Assembly (NCBI RefSeq): GCF_006345805.1
Contig: NC_043009.1
Location: 70,928,001 to 70,992,000 of the forward strand
DNA length: 64,000 nucleotides
Source: Octopus sinensis
Lineage: Eukaryota
Direction of reading: 5' to 3'
The notes beneath the pieces were generated by a model. That model saw only the letters and a list, made by a program, of their open reading frames with translations. It made no database searches and was not told the origin of the DNA. The position numbers and the translations under genes were made by a program. Below are positions 1 through 12,502 of this stretch, one piece after another. Position 1 is the stretch's first letter. Every line of letters starts with the position of its first letter.

Positions 1-70
1 TCCTACGACCCACCACACTTAGATGCCAATATTTGTGCCAACATTTACTGAAGCAATTTAGAGCAGTAAT

Positions 71-193
71 ATTGGTTTCAAAGTTTGGCACAAAGACAGC
101 AGCTTTGGAAGAGGGGTAAGTCAATTGCATCAACCCCAGTACCCAACTGGTACTTCTTTTATCGACTCCGGAAGGATTAAAGGCAAAGCCGAC
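71..193 (-). mobile_element. SINE family A, 3' part
   Basis: Reverse complement matches the GTCGACTT(T/C)GCCTTT...GATAAA...ACCAG...TGGGGTC...AATTTGAAACCAAT body seen at 374-576, 10312-10508 and 44176-44355. Confidence 0.8.
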
Positions 194-227
194 GGTTCCG
201 CTGCACGCAGCTTTATTCAGGTCTGTC

Positions 228-358
228 ATATTTCGTCCGTTCTGAGCTCAAATTCCGCCGAGGCCTATTGTACCTTTCGTCCTCAAGGGTTGATAAGTAC
301 CAGTTATACAGTGGGGTCATTGTATTTGATTTGACTTATGCCATAATTTGAAACCAAT
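228..358 (+). mobile_element. SINE family A, 5'-truncated copy
   Basis: TTCTGAGCTCAAATTCCGCCGAGG...AATTTGAAACCAAT, homologous to the other copies in the window. Confidence 0.8.
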
Positions 359-373
359 GTTAGTCGTTCTAAG

Positions 374-576
374 TGAGGGTGGTGAGCTGGCAAAATCGTT
401 GGAGCGCTGGGCCAAGTGTTTAGCGGCATTTATCCGTTTTTACGTTCTGATTTCAAATTCCGTCAAGGTCGACTTCCCCTTTCGTCCTTTCAGGATCGAT
501 AAAATAATGCCAGTCGAGCATTTACTCACTCCTTGCCTCGAAATTTCTCACCTTGTACCACCATTTGAAACCAATA
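374..576 (+). mobile_element. SINE family A, near full length, tRNA-like head
   Basis: A-box-like TGGCAAAATCGTT and B-box-like GATTTCAAATTCC, followed by the shared body ending TTTGAAACCAAT. Confidence 0.8.
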
Positions 577-806
577 TTAGGAACTAATTGTTTTTATTGT
601 TAATTCCAAGTCAGCACTGACGGAACGCAATATGAATAGAAGAATTCCAAGCATGACCATCCTGTCATTTCCTGCATGGTTTTCTTTCACTACATTACTC
701 TACATGTTTTACCTTAAAACAGATAGAAATTGTGAATTATGAGAGAGTTGGTTGCTATATCTAGCAAGTCGGGTTACAACGTGCATTTTTCCCTAATTGA
801 TTCCCC

Positions 807-937
<131 letters not shown>

Positions 938-1470
938 GGTGCTACGTCTTCCGACGTCTTTTTCTCCGATGATTCTTTGTCCAACGACTTTTTGACCAAT
1001 TTTAAATAAACTCGTTAGAAAACAAGATGAAATATCTCTAATGATATTTTCACAGAACTACAAGAAGCCTCGTCATAGGATTATTATTATCGATCTTTTT
1101 CCTTCTCTATTAACAGCTTTACTTTCTCTTTTTCCTTCTCTTTCTAATGTTTGGTGCTATGCATAGAGAGTGCTGCAAATATAGTGTGCACATTTTTTAT
1201 TTACCCATTCCGAAATGACAAAGGTCATAGTATTTACCAAAAACAAAAGAAAAGTAATTGATTAAAGTAATTACATCTACGATTTTCGTTCAAGCAATAA
1301 AAAAACTAGAGAAAGAATACTGGAGTTGTGAGAAAAGAAGGCTGTGTTCAGTGCGGACTTCACACGGAAGCGGAAAACACTAGGACGAAAGTTATTTAGG
1401 CTGAATTACACCGCTTACGTAGACTTGACTGTGTTTGCGTGTGTCTATATATATATATACATATATATAT

Positions 1471-1562
<92 letters not shown>

Positions 1563-2262
1563 ATAAATATTAATATTGATTTTATATAGAATAGAAACAA
1601 ATATCGGACGAACAAATAGCATTAACATTAAAAAAACGGAGATAAATTATTACTGTCACCAAATAAATTATTGCTGTCACCGTTGTGAGAGGACGTAGTG
1701 CTCGCCGAAAGAGAGCGCCACCTACATTCCTGATAGCTGTATTGAATGTTAATTTTCATGATCTTCCCAGAACAAAAAAATGTCGCCGAAGGGTTTCATT
1801 CTGCGATAAAACGTTCGGCGGGTGGAGCACATTCGAATATTTGGAAATTAATCAAAACTCTGGAGGAAGAGGAAGAGTTTCGTTCACGCTAAAATGACTG
1901 AAATTCTTCGAAGAGATCCGTTGAATTCGTGTACACGATATCGAAGAATAGCTGAACGCCTCAAAAGATTGGCCATTCAGTATGGGTTAACAAGGAAAAA
2001 TGATTTTTTGAAGAGTGTGGCATATAATTTGCATCAATTTAAAGTGATCATAATAAATCATTAATTATATCTTATTTCTTTTTTAAAACAACTTTTTTAA
2101 ATACATTTTCTCACAGTATTTTACTTGAATCCTATCAATAAAATACTCAATGATTTTTTACTCTGATCTTCACCTTGTTTTCTAAAGAGTTGATTTAAAA
2201 TTGGACAAAAACACCTCGAAGTGACGTTGGACAAAGTGACATCGGACGAAAAGTCGGGTCAT
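938..2262 (+). mobile_element. Mutator-like (MULE) DNA transposon deletion derivative
   Basis: About 90-bp imperfect inverted termini (950-1035 vs 2170-2258, sharing TCCGATG..CTTTGTCCAACG..TTTTG.CCAATTTTAAAT.AACTC.TTAGAAAACAAG). FLYWCH-like KEYWSCEKRRLC at about 1312-1350. Frameshifted MULE C-terminus RAPPTFLIAVLNV...DLPRT..EGFHSAIKRS..HSNIWKLIKTLEEEE...FLKSVAYNL at about 1690-2030. Confidence 0.75.
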
Positions 2263-2263
2263 G

Positions 2264-2330
<67 letters not shown>
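2263..2330. repeat. (GTA)n microsatellite
   Basis: Direct reading. Confidence 0.97.
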
Positions 2331-2332
<2 letters not shown>

Positions 2333-3509
2333 TCAGCAGCTGCAGCAGGGACAGTGGCAAAAATAGCAACCAGAGCAGTGGTAAGAAGCGCTGGACACTA
2401 ATACCTACAGCAGGCTCCAAGTTATCATATATCCTTATATTCAATTGATTAACTGCGAAAATTCATTGATTGAGTGGCGACTAAACTTCAAATACGAATG
2501 GAATGGGCAAGCTAGTCAGTTTAGTAGACAGTACTAATGTATTAATCAGGTTGTTACCACATCAAGCTGTCAATAGTTAACACCTGACATCGTATGCCGT
2601 ACAGAAAAGACGAGAGAGAATTGCCGTTGTTGAATTTGATTCCGGCGGGCTATATACTCTCTGCTTCTTCTGTTCTTTTATTGATTTGTTGAACATGTTT
2701 ACGTGAGAGAACACTATGTCTGTCCATACAATTGACAAACAATTATGAGAAAATAAACATCGTCTGAACTAAATTGGTAAAGAGCATGCAAACACAAATT
2801 GCGAAACCTTTGGCAATGATTTTGTAAAATTCATTTATTAAATTTAGCAACTGATTCGGACGAAAATAAAATAAGACCAGGAATACAAAGCACAATAAGA
2901 AACAAAGGAAAATCTGTAAGAAAATATAGTAAATGAAATATTTAATGATTTTGTGACAGTTGATGGATTGATTGTGGCTAAGACTTCTTAAAGATATAAA
3001 TAATATAATTACATATACATGTGCATCTGTGCGCCCGCGCACACGCACGCACACACACACATACACACACACACTCATATAGGTCAACTGATAAATTACT
3101 ATTTAAATCTAAAACTAGGTTTAAAACACTCGTACTCTTCCGCTAAATTTTATACCAGACAATTATTTTATATTGCGTCCGCATTAATGAGTGAAACTGC
3201 TATTATTGTCTCAGCTCCTAACTCGATTATCACTGATTTACTTGTCTACCCTTGTTGTCTATTTTTGTTGTCTATCAACCATATTAGAATTGGCTTTAAG
3301 TCTAACGAAATTTCATGTAGTTGAATAAATTGTTTTTATCTTATTATTCACGATTCTAAGGTAAATGATTATCTGTCCGCGAAGTGAAGGCTAAACAATG
3401 CGAATTATAGAAATTATTGTCTACAATATTCTTGTCAAAACTTATAGATAGAAAAAGAGATTATATATGTGTCTGTGTGTATTTGTGTGTGTGTGCGTGC
3501 GTGGGGGTT

Positions 3510-3563
<54 letters not shown>

Positions 3564-3639
3564 GGTTTGGAGAGGATGTACAGGTATTATATATTATAAG
3601 AAATAAAGTACTCAGAAATCTAGATGGATTTATATTTAT

Positions 3640-3794
3640 AGATATTTATTAATGTCACATGTTTTTATAAATCATATATCAGCTCTTACGTCCACTCTAG
3701 TGGACTCTTCAGATTCAATCTGAAGACTCCACTACAATGGACGCAAGCGCTAATATATGATTTATAAACACATGTGACATATTAATAAATATCT
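3640..3794. repeat. 155-bp imperfect palindrome centred on 3716; each arm is a decayed hammerhead-like motif
   Basis: Arms of about 76 bp are reverse complements with scattered mismatches and one 2-nt indel. Right arm (+): CTGAAGA-cTCCA/TGGAc-GcAA-AGCGCT-type palindrome. Left arm (-): CTGAAGA-GTCCAC/GTGGAC-GtAA. Confidence 0.85.
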
Positions 3795-4829
3795 GTATAT
3801 ATATCCTTTTGGGATTTCGTTTGCACGACTCTATATGTGAGTTCGTGTGTGGAAGCATATTTTGTTGAGTATGGGGACAGCCATTCTCTTTTTGTGCCTT
3901 ACTATTTCACGCACTCACCGGTTCACTTTCCACACTTTTTAATTTTTTCTAAAATGTTCGTTGCTTCTTGCAAACTTTTCAGTTGTCATTGATAATTGAA
4001 AAGGTCGTCAGACCCAACGAATATTTTAGTAAAAATAAAGAAATGAGTGGAAACTGAACCACTGTGTCAAATACTAAGCCACAAAAGAGAATGACTCTCC
4101 CCAGACACAATGCAATATTTGTATAGACACACACATATACATACATACACATATACACATATATGTGTGTGCGTGTATGCGTGTGTGTAGGAGAAAATGA
4201 ACACAATAAGCGGAACTCAACAAAACACAACGTGCGCCACCAAAGGTGATAGCATAGCAAACAGCAAACAGGATAAAAACAGGTTACACTGATCATTCGC
4301 AGACGATTTCCTCCGCAGCCGGAGTCCGGAAAGTTCTTGTTGTTTCTCACTCCGTTATCTCCAAGACTACACGAAACCGCCGAGCGCCAGGGACTTAAGA
4401 TAAAGGCATTAAGCCTCTGGGAAAGGCAAACGAATATATACGGGAACGAAAACAAAACGGAAACAAAAACGCGAAAGCTAGAATTTACATGTACAACAGA
4501 ACGCCTTTAATGAACACAACCTATGTTTATATGTGCTACTATTAGTTTGATGTGTTGTGAACATGCCAAACAGTGTCTTATAATACGCCTGGCATCCCGG
4601 ACACTGTCCATATGGCATTACGAACTAAAATTGAGACGAGAGAAAAAGTGAGAAAAGTCGAGAAAAAGTATGTGTAGAATGTGGAAGTTTGAGAAACCAG
4701 AACACTTAAAAGAAATCAAAAAGAAGCAAAAGAGGTATTAAGATTTATTTCCATTAGTCCGTAAATTATAAGGCTGAAAAGATGGTGGTTTAAAGCCTAT
4801 CGTATAGTTATTCGGTGAGGGGGGCACTT

Positions 4830-5700
4830 TCCATTCCGTCAACAGGAATTTAGGCACACGCTTACAACCGCTGAACATTTCGGATCCAGGATTCAGCAGT
4901 GAGTTACAGTTCTGAAAACCATCTGAGTTCATTCACCAACCGATAGCTTACATTTTTTGATCTAATATATGGTGTGGATTTTTCGGCTATCTTCCACTTT
5001 ATTGTATATGGTGAGTGTTCGATTTTAAACCCGATAGGTGCCAACTTAGTAGCTTTTCTTTTGTCCCTGTGTCGGAAGGAAAATAAGTGATTAACACAGT
5101 GATATTTTAAATCCTCTTTCATATAGTCCGATACAGCTTTTCTTATCGGTTTTGTTATTATCTAGCGTTGCTGTAACCTCTGCCTTATATATGACGGATT
5201 TAATCATGCATCGCTAGTCGAGTGAACGGGTTCCTGGTCTCTACATTTACAACTTTTGGTGGTGGTGGTCTCGTGTAATGATACTCTTCATTTTGTGGCA
5301 GCAGCTGTATGATAATTTCGCTGAGGGCCTATTTAATATTTTCATGTACCTGTGATTTTCTAGAAAATGTTTGTCTAGGAGAGACAGGAACTTTTTACCT
5401 ATGTTAGTTTTTACATTAAGGGAAAAAGGAGGGGCGAACCAAATCATTTTCCCAAGTCTATTTTTAGGTCTATTATTATTATTCCGATTAATATTTAAGG
5501 GTTTATATATCAATTTATCCTTAAAGTCAGGGTATTGCTGTAGTAATGGGCTGTTTTCCTGAAAATTTCTTTAGAGGAAAAGGGGTGAGAAACTCTGTTA
5601 CTAATGCTAGCTACCAGGTTGTTGAATCCTGCAGGAGGGTGATAAGACGGTTTAGGTAGAGAGAAAAGTTTTGCGTTAGGCTTATGTAAGGGAGAACGGG
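4830..5700 (-). mobile_element. Penelope-like element remnant (RT C-terminus plus GIY-YIG endonuclease)
   Basis: Broken frames give YHPPAGFNNLVASISNRVS, IWFAPPFSLNVKTNIGKKFLSLLDKHF...KLSYSC, KSVIYKAEV...CIGL, YTIKWKIAEKSTPY and LLNPGSEMFSGCK, the typical PLE order. Confidence 0.85.
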
Positions 5701-5748
5701 AAAACGAGGAGACGAAAAATGTGTAGGGATTAACGGTTCAACATGAGA

Positions 5749-5751
<3 letters not shown>

Positions 5752-5792
<41 letters not shown>

Positions 5793-5793
5793 A

Positions 5794-5845
<52 letters not shown>
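5752..5845. repeat. (TA)n-(TG)n microsatellite
   Basis: Direct reading. Confidence 0.97.
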
Positions 5846-5846
<1 letters not shown>

Positions 5847-7885
5847 CTCGCTTCTGCACGTCACATTATCAGTCTACCCAAATTTACCTCGTAATATTCT
5901 GTAGCCTCCTAGAACCTACAATAAGCGACACTTCCACAAGTTGCTGTGCAGCAGAACTGAGACGAAGACCAAGCTTCTCAACTTAGCAGCGACTCCAGCG
6001 CCTCTTATCGTGTCTAGAAAGAAATTCTATGTAGAACTGTATCCAAACAAGAACAAACGCATATTTTCATGAACTGACAAAGTTAGCATGTATCTTACTA
6101 CTTTTGTACTGGAACAGAATGTATGTTCGAAGATAAATTTACACAGTGTAAGACTCAAATAATAACGATCACGGAAGAATAAAACAAAACGAAAGGTCAA
6201 TTTGTATTCTTGCGCTAAAACCTGGCAGCTGTGATTAATAATTGTAACTTTAGAGATAGACAATTGTATACAGAGTATAGTGTGGATGTCATAGTTTTCT
6301 AATGCAGGACAATGTCGAAACGCAACCGAACCACCTTCCTCCCGGAAACAATCCTATACCATTTGTTCGTATGGAGCATTTCATAAAGCCATATTGACTT
6401 GTGTATGTCTGAACTACGTAATGCATAATAAAATGCCTGCAAAGAGAGAAGTGTGACTGACAAGAGATATAGAAATATTGTGAGAGAAACATCAAGCGAA
6501 ATAGAAAAATACAACATGAAATATTAGAAGAAACCGATATTTGCAACTCTCCAAACAGACTGAACATTTTCCTGTAATTTTAATTATCAGGTGTTTACTT
6601 CACATTACGGATCAGATATATTATCGAAAATTCCTGATATTATGTGTAGTTTCGGTATATTCTTAGTTTATTAAATACATTTTAAAGAGAGTTTCTTATA
6701 CATTTAAACCCGTTTTCCTTTCTCTTCTAATGGACGAAAGAATAACATCATTGGCAATTTTCTTGGAAGCTGAGATTGTTGTTAAGAAAGGTGTGAGTCA
6801 TCTTTAGATCGGAGACCAATAAAGATGCTTACTATGCAGCGGACACTGCAAAATGTACTCCAGGGTTTGGTGGTACTATTAAGGTAACCGATGGACAGTA
6901 ACGATCCTTAATTACGAAACAATGAAATGAACCACTATACAAGAATTCTCTAACGATAGGAAAACTAGTCGATGTCTTTGTAAAATATCATCATCTCTTG
7001 GTAGCATGTGTTGTAGACAATGAGCTTCACCATGTCATCAATTATATGGGATCAATAAAAAGCTTTCAGTAGGGAAACAGAAGTGTCTGAGTTCCTCAGC
7101 ATCATTAAAGGTGACAGTGAAATAAACTTCAGGTAGAATGTAACTAAGAATAACAATATGGATTGCTTCACAAAACAAAAGTGCGTTTCGTAGTTTTCAA
7201 GTAATTTACGCTGTTGTTTCTATTTAAGTTCCTTTCGAATAATTGTCTTTTACTGAACACCTACAACAATTTTCATTGCCTTCGAGACTGGTGGATGAAA
7301 GGAATGAAATGATCTCCAAACCGAAGTCATGGATCGTAAATTTGAAAAATAGTTGTCTTTCAACAATAAAATACAAGGTGATGATGCTAAAACCAGACGA
7401 GATTATTTCTCCCACTGAAGAACAGAAAATATTCATATAATAACCTTCAATGTATTAACTTCACCCAAATTTCACAAACAAGATATTGATAACTCAGAGG
7501 CTATTCTAGGAGGCTCCCAATGTGCCACATAAAGCAACAGAATTTGAAAGCCCTTTATTAAAAAGTAAATTTCTAAAACTTTCAGCTTTACCCGAACCTG
7601 TTAGTCAGTGGTAAGGCATTTTGCTCCCCTCACACGAGAGAACCAGGACATACAGTGCTTCTCTTCACAAGCTAAATATTTATGCGTATGCTATAAGGGA
7701 ATAATAATGGTTAATCGATTTATTACAATATTTACTACTAGTACACGTGAAGCTACATTAGTTATCGACGTATGTTTTATTAACAACTAAGCTGAGGTTA
7801 TTGCTAGAAACTGAAACCTCACTAAACTAAATTCCATACAGTACTTGGTTTAGTTTTTCTAATATTAGAATTACCTGATATATAA

Positions 7886-7923
<38 letters not shown>

Positions 7924-9289
7924 TCGAAATAATTTAAATCAGTTATAATCTCCTCTGAAAACGGTTGGCATCGAGTTTATATTATTGTTGTAGCTGTTCG
8001 TAATTCTGACCAAACAAATCCCTGATCAAAAGATCTCCACCGATATGCATTCCATCCTGTATATATTCCCGACCACAGTCTTCTACGTGTGCTCTGTTTT
8101 TTAAGATCGTTATTTGAAGGAGATTTGTTTACTCTCCGGTCGGATGTTACTGTGATTGTTGTTGTTGCTGTTGTTGTATAGCTTCAGAATCACTCTGAAC
8201 AGAACCGACCAATCAAGACATTCTAACAATAAGCATCCCATCTTTCTGTGGACGTTTAGCATTGCGTTATCTAGTAAACCATCACGCTGGTAGATTGGCA
8301 ATATTGTTAGGGTGTCTGACAAGATAATTCGTGTTATTATTTTTCAATCATTAGTTTCTGAGCTCAAATTTCGCCCAAGTTAACTTTGTCTCAATTTAAT
8401 AAAATAAAGTATCACTTGGGTTCTAAGACCGATGTACTCGACTTCCGCTTTCCTAAAGTTTGGAGCCTTGTGTTGGTGCTAAAAACTGCTTTCTAAATTG
8501 TCCTTTCAAACTAAAACTTAGAAGAAAATCTGATGAATATTTCTACCTGTTAGGGTAAATTAATTCGCCATGCGAGGAAATCAGTTTGAGAGAATTAGTT
8601 GATACTTTGGGAGAAAATGGAAAACAAAACGAAGAAAATGGAAAATGAAGAATGTTGCATCGGATTAAAAACAAATAACTTAAAGAAGGGACAAAGAAAC
8701 CAAAAAACAGTCAGACAGAGCCTCGAAGCGACTGCGGCTACAAATATTAATAACACTTCGCAACATCAGCAACATTAGAAACAGCTTTACAAATGAGGAT
8801 ACCTCATTCACACACACAAAAACAACAGCAAAACCAACCCCCTCAAAACACCCCAAATGCTTATAAAAATTATAAAAAGAACGTAAAGAAATCTTATTTC
8901 AAATTGAAAACCAAATTTCCTAAAGATTTACGTGGGATTGAACAGAAAAGACTATGAAGAAATACATATAGGAACACCCACAAACAGCCGGAAGGAGAGA
9001 ATATCTGTTCTTCAGCAGAAAAAAAGGCGATTCTCCTCACTTTTCTTGTTCTTGTCGAATATGGCCATGCTCCGAAAGGAGCAACCTGATCGATTATCTC
9101 AGGACACTAGATATAGATATATTGGTTATCATCGAGACCAGAATTTCCGAGGCACGACTATCATTCTTCTTATTGGCCACCTAAAGATTTACGTGGGATT
9201 GTACAGGAAACGTTAAAGACATATTCTTTTTAAGTTTCCATTCTCAGAGCGTCAAATGTCCTATTTTTGTAAATTTTGAACTGTATATA

Positions 9290-9500
9290 TGTGCGTATTT
9301 GTATCTGTGTTTGTCCCTGCAGCCACCGGTGTTGGTGTGTTTACGTCCCTCTAACTTAATGGTTCGGCAAAGTGACAGAAAGAATAAGAATTAGGCTTTA
9401 CAAAATAAGTCCCGGAGTCGATTTCTTCGACGACAATCCTTCAAGTCGGTGCTCCAGCTTGGCCGCAGTCAAATGACTGAAACAAGCAAAAGAATATAAA
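9290..9500 (-). mobile_element. SINE family B, 5' half
   Basis: Reverse complement reads CTTGTTTCAGTCATTTGACTGCGGCCAAGCTGGAGCACCG...GGACTTATT...GGGACGTAAACACACC, matching 24010-24465 and 36435-36880. Confidence 0.85.
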
Positions 9501-9581
9501 TATATCAACTCATTTTATATTTATATGTGTATGCCTATAGGTATGTTTGTATTTATGTGCGTGTAGGATATGATTGCATGC

Positions 9582-9618
<37 letters not shown>

Positions 9619-9643
9619 GATAGATAGATATAGATAGATAGAT

Positions 9644-9681
<38 letters not shown>

Positions 9682-10311
9682 TGCTATGAATGCATATGTA
9701 CAATTTCGTGTTTGTGTGTGAATACATGTTTTCTTATCTGCATTTCCAAATATATTCTATCTAGAAACGGAATATATTGTTTCGCCGACCTATTGCTCAC
9801 CTAACTCTATTTAAAGCTGTGTATTTAGTTTAAGTGTTTTCGACCATGAAATTAGAATCATCTGTTTTGCTTTACAAAACTGATTTTCCATAAATCTTCT
9901 ATTTTCGTTTTAATCTTTAGATGTAGAAATATTCTGGGTTGAATTTGGCAGCATATACATTGAGTATCTATAATTTAACATCCCCATAGTTGCTCCATTA
10001 AACAATGGTAACGAATGACAGTTTATTTTGATTTTCAAAGTTAATTAACTGCTTGCTTAATTAAGCATCAGAACTAGACAAGATTTCAATTAATATCAAG
10101 AAACACTCAGTATAATTCAAATGCCGAAAAGGTTATCATCTGATAAAATTACGTTTTCATTTATTTTACTAATTCTGCGTTCTCTTATCTTTTCTTGTCT
10201 TTCTATTTTTCTTCACTATTTTCAGAGTTGGAATCCTAATCCCCCTTTATCGCATACCGAGGATCATCCTTATCATTTTTTCTCAATATTATGTGTGGAT
10301 TTAATGCGGCA

Positions 10312-10508
10312 ACACGCCGAACAAAATGCTGAGCAGCATTTCGTCCGTCTTCACGTTCTGATTTCAAATTCCGCCGAGGTCGACTTTACTTTTCATCATT
10401 TCGGGGTCGATAAAATAAGAACCAGACGAACACTGGGGTTCGATGCAATCGCCTCGATAGCCTCCCTTGAATTTTCTGGCCTTGTGCCAAAATTTGAAAT
10501 CGATATTA
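10312..10508 (+). mobile_element. SINE family A
   Basis: TTCAAATTCCGCCGAGGTCGACTTT...GGGGTCGATAAAATAAG...GGCCTTGTGCCAAAATTTGAAA. Confidence 0.85.
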
Positions 10509-11284
10509 TGTGTGCATCTGTGGACGGCTGGAACTGGAATAATACAAGGAAAAATGCATAGAATTGTTTAGTTATGAACCTTTACCTGCTGAATTCAGCT
10601 CGAATCCAAATTGACTTTGTCTTTAAATGCACAACGTCGATTTAAAGACAGAATTTATAATATTGTAGGTGTGTCTTAGAATCGTTACATGTTCTTAATA
10701 GAGAAAGAAATGAAAAGCAAGAAAAAGGAATGAAGAAATGTGAAGTGAAGGAAATTAAATCAATTATGTGCAGTTAATTATGTAGGGGACCATGATCTAG
10801 CAACGGATCCTAATACTTTTAATTTGCTGTTCCAAGCGTGATCATTGCCATCTAGTTGTTTAATTCTACTTCTTTCGTCATGTTAAGATATTTCGATAAT
10901 TCTACATTTAATGTGGTGGCTAAAAGCGTTTCTTCTTTCAATTGCAAACTATTTCGTCTTTCTGTTTTACAATTTACCGAAAAGGAGACAAATGGCTGCA
11001 CAGCATTTCTTGAATGTCCTCCCAGACATGCTTCTCGATCCTCGCAGTGTTACGTGAAGATTTTTTTTTATACAGTGATAATCAGTACTTCAAAATAAAA
11101 AATTTATGCGATTCAGGATTTCTTTATTGGATATGCGCTGGTGTGCCAGTGTGGGCACGTGACTTCAACAGTTATTTTCTATTCTATTATATATATATAT
11201 ATATAAGTATATATATATATACACACATATATATATGCACATATGCATATGTATATATATGTATAAATATATATTTATATATGT

Positions 11285-11329
<45 letters not shown>

Positions 11330-11332
<3 letters not shown>

Positions 11333-12415
11333 TTCTCCCTTGTCCTGTCCTATGCCTTCAGAACGTCCGACGACGGAGTGTTCCTCCACACCAGGGCTGA
11401 TGGTGGATTGTTCAATCTTGCGCGCCTCAGAGCTAAGACCAAATTCCGTCAGGTGCTGATCAGAGAGATCCTCTTTGCTGACGATGCCGCCCTAACATCA
11501 CACAACCAGCCGGGTCTCCAGAGGCTGGTCAGCTCCCTGGCGGATGCCTGCCAAGAGTTCGGCCTTACCATCAGCCTGAAAAAGACAGAGATCATGGGCC
11601 AGGACGTCGGAGGGGTCCCCAGCATCAGTGTCGGCGACCACAGCTTGCAGGTGGTGAACGAGTTCACTTACCTGGGATCGACGGTCTCCAGCAGCCTGTC
11701 CCTCGAGCCGGAGCTGAACAGACGGATTGGGAAGGCTGCTGCTGCCATGGCTAAGCTCTCCAGGAGAGTGTGGGAAAACAGCATGCTCACAATAACCACC
11801 AAGATCGCAGTGTACCGAACCTGCGTGCTGGGCACCCTACTCTACGGCAGCGAGAGCTGGACAACATACACCCGGCAAGAATGCCGCCTCAGCGGCTTCC
11901 ACATGCGGTGTCTTCGACGGATCCTTGGCATCTCCTGGAAGGACCGAGTACCAAACGGAGTCATCCTAGAACAGACTAATATGCCAAGCATGCATGCCCT
12001 CCTCGTGCGGAGACGACTGCGCTGGCTCGGACACGTCTGCCGCATGCAGGACGGTCGCATGCCTAAAGACATCCTGTACAGCGAACTCACCACGGGATCC
12101 CGACCGAAGGGACGTCCACAGCTACGATACAGGGATGTGTGCAAGCGCGACCTGAGGACTGACAACATCTGTGTGGACACGTGGGAGGTAACAGCTGCTG
12201 ACCGCTCTGCCTGGCGTCGGACAGTGAGGAAAGGCGTTTCCATGGCTGAGGAAAGGAGAGCACAGCTGTGGTCGGATAGGCGGGACAGGAGGAGGACAAC
12301 TGCAGCAACACCTCGCACGTACCCATCGATGTTCGTGTGCAGCAACTGTACCAGGGACTGCCACTCTAGAATTGGACTGTTCAGTCACAGCAGACGCTGC
12401 TCATCATCAAAGTAG
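11330..12415 (+). CDS. RTE reverse transcriptase C-terminal half (truncated, no authentic start)
   Basis: [10 protein letters not shown] motif, [37 protein letters not shown] and a terminal CxxC...HxxxC knuckle ([21 protein letters not shown]), all typical of RTE ORFs. The frame is open upstream of the GTG used by the ORF track. Confidence 0.92.
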
Positions 12416-12459
12416 GCCCCACCCTTGGCGCGACCCATTGTCTATCAAGACAGACGGGA

Positions 12460-12461
<2 letters not shown>
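11330..12461 (+). mobile_element. 5'-truncated RTE-clade LINE, young
   Basis: Uninterrupted frame 11330-12415, 46-nt 3' UTR, (TA)n on both sides, visibly GC- and CpG-rich. Confidence 0.93.

Positions 12462-12502
<41 letters not shown>

Noticed and set aside
4290-4420. CpG-rich patch resembling a promoter or first exon
   Set aside because: No convincing core motif or splice site to support a call.
10618-10650. 11-bp AT-rich hairpin TGTCTTTAAAT/ATTTAAAGACA
   Set aside because: Isolated and low complexity, with no Helitron CTRR end or terminator context.
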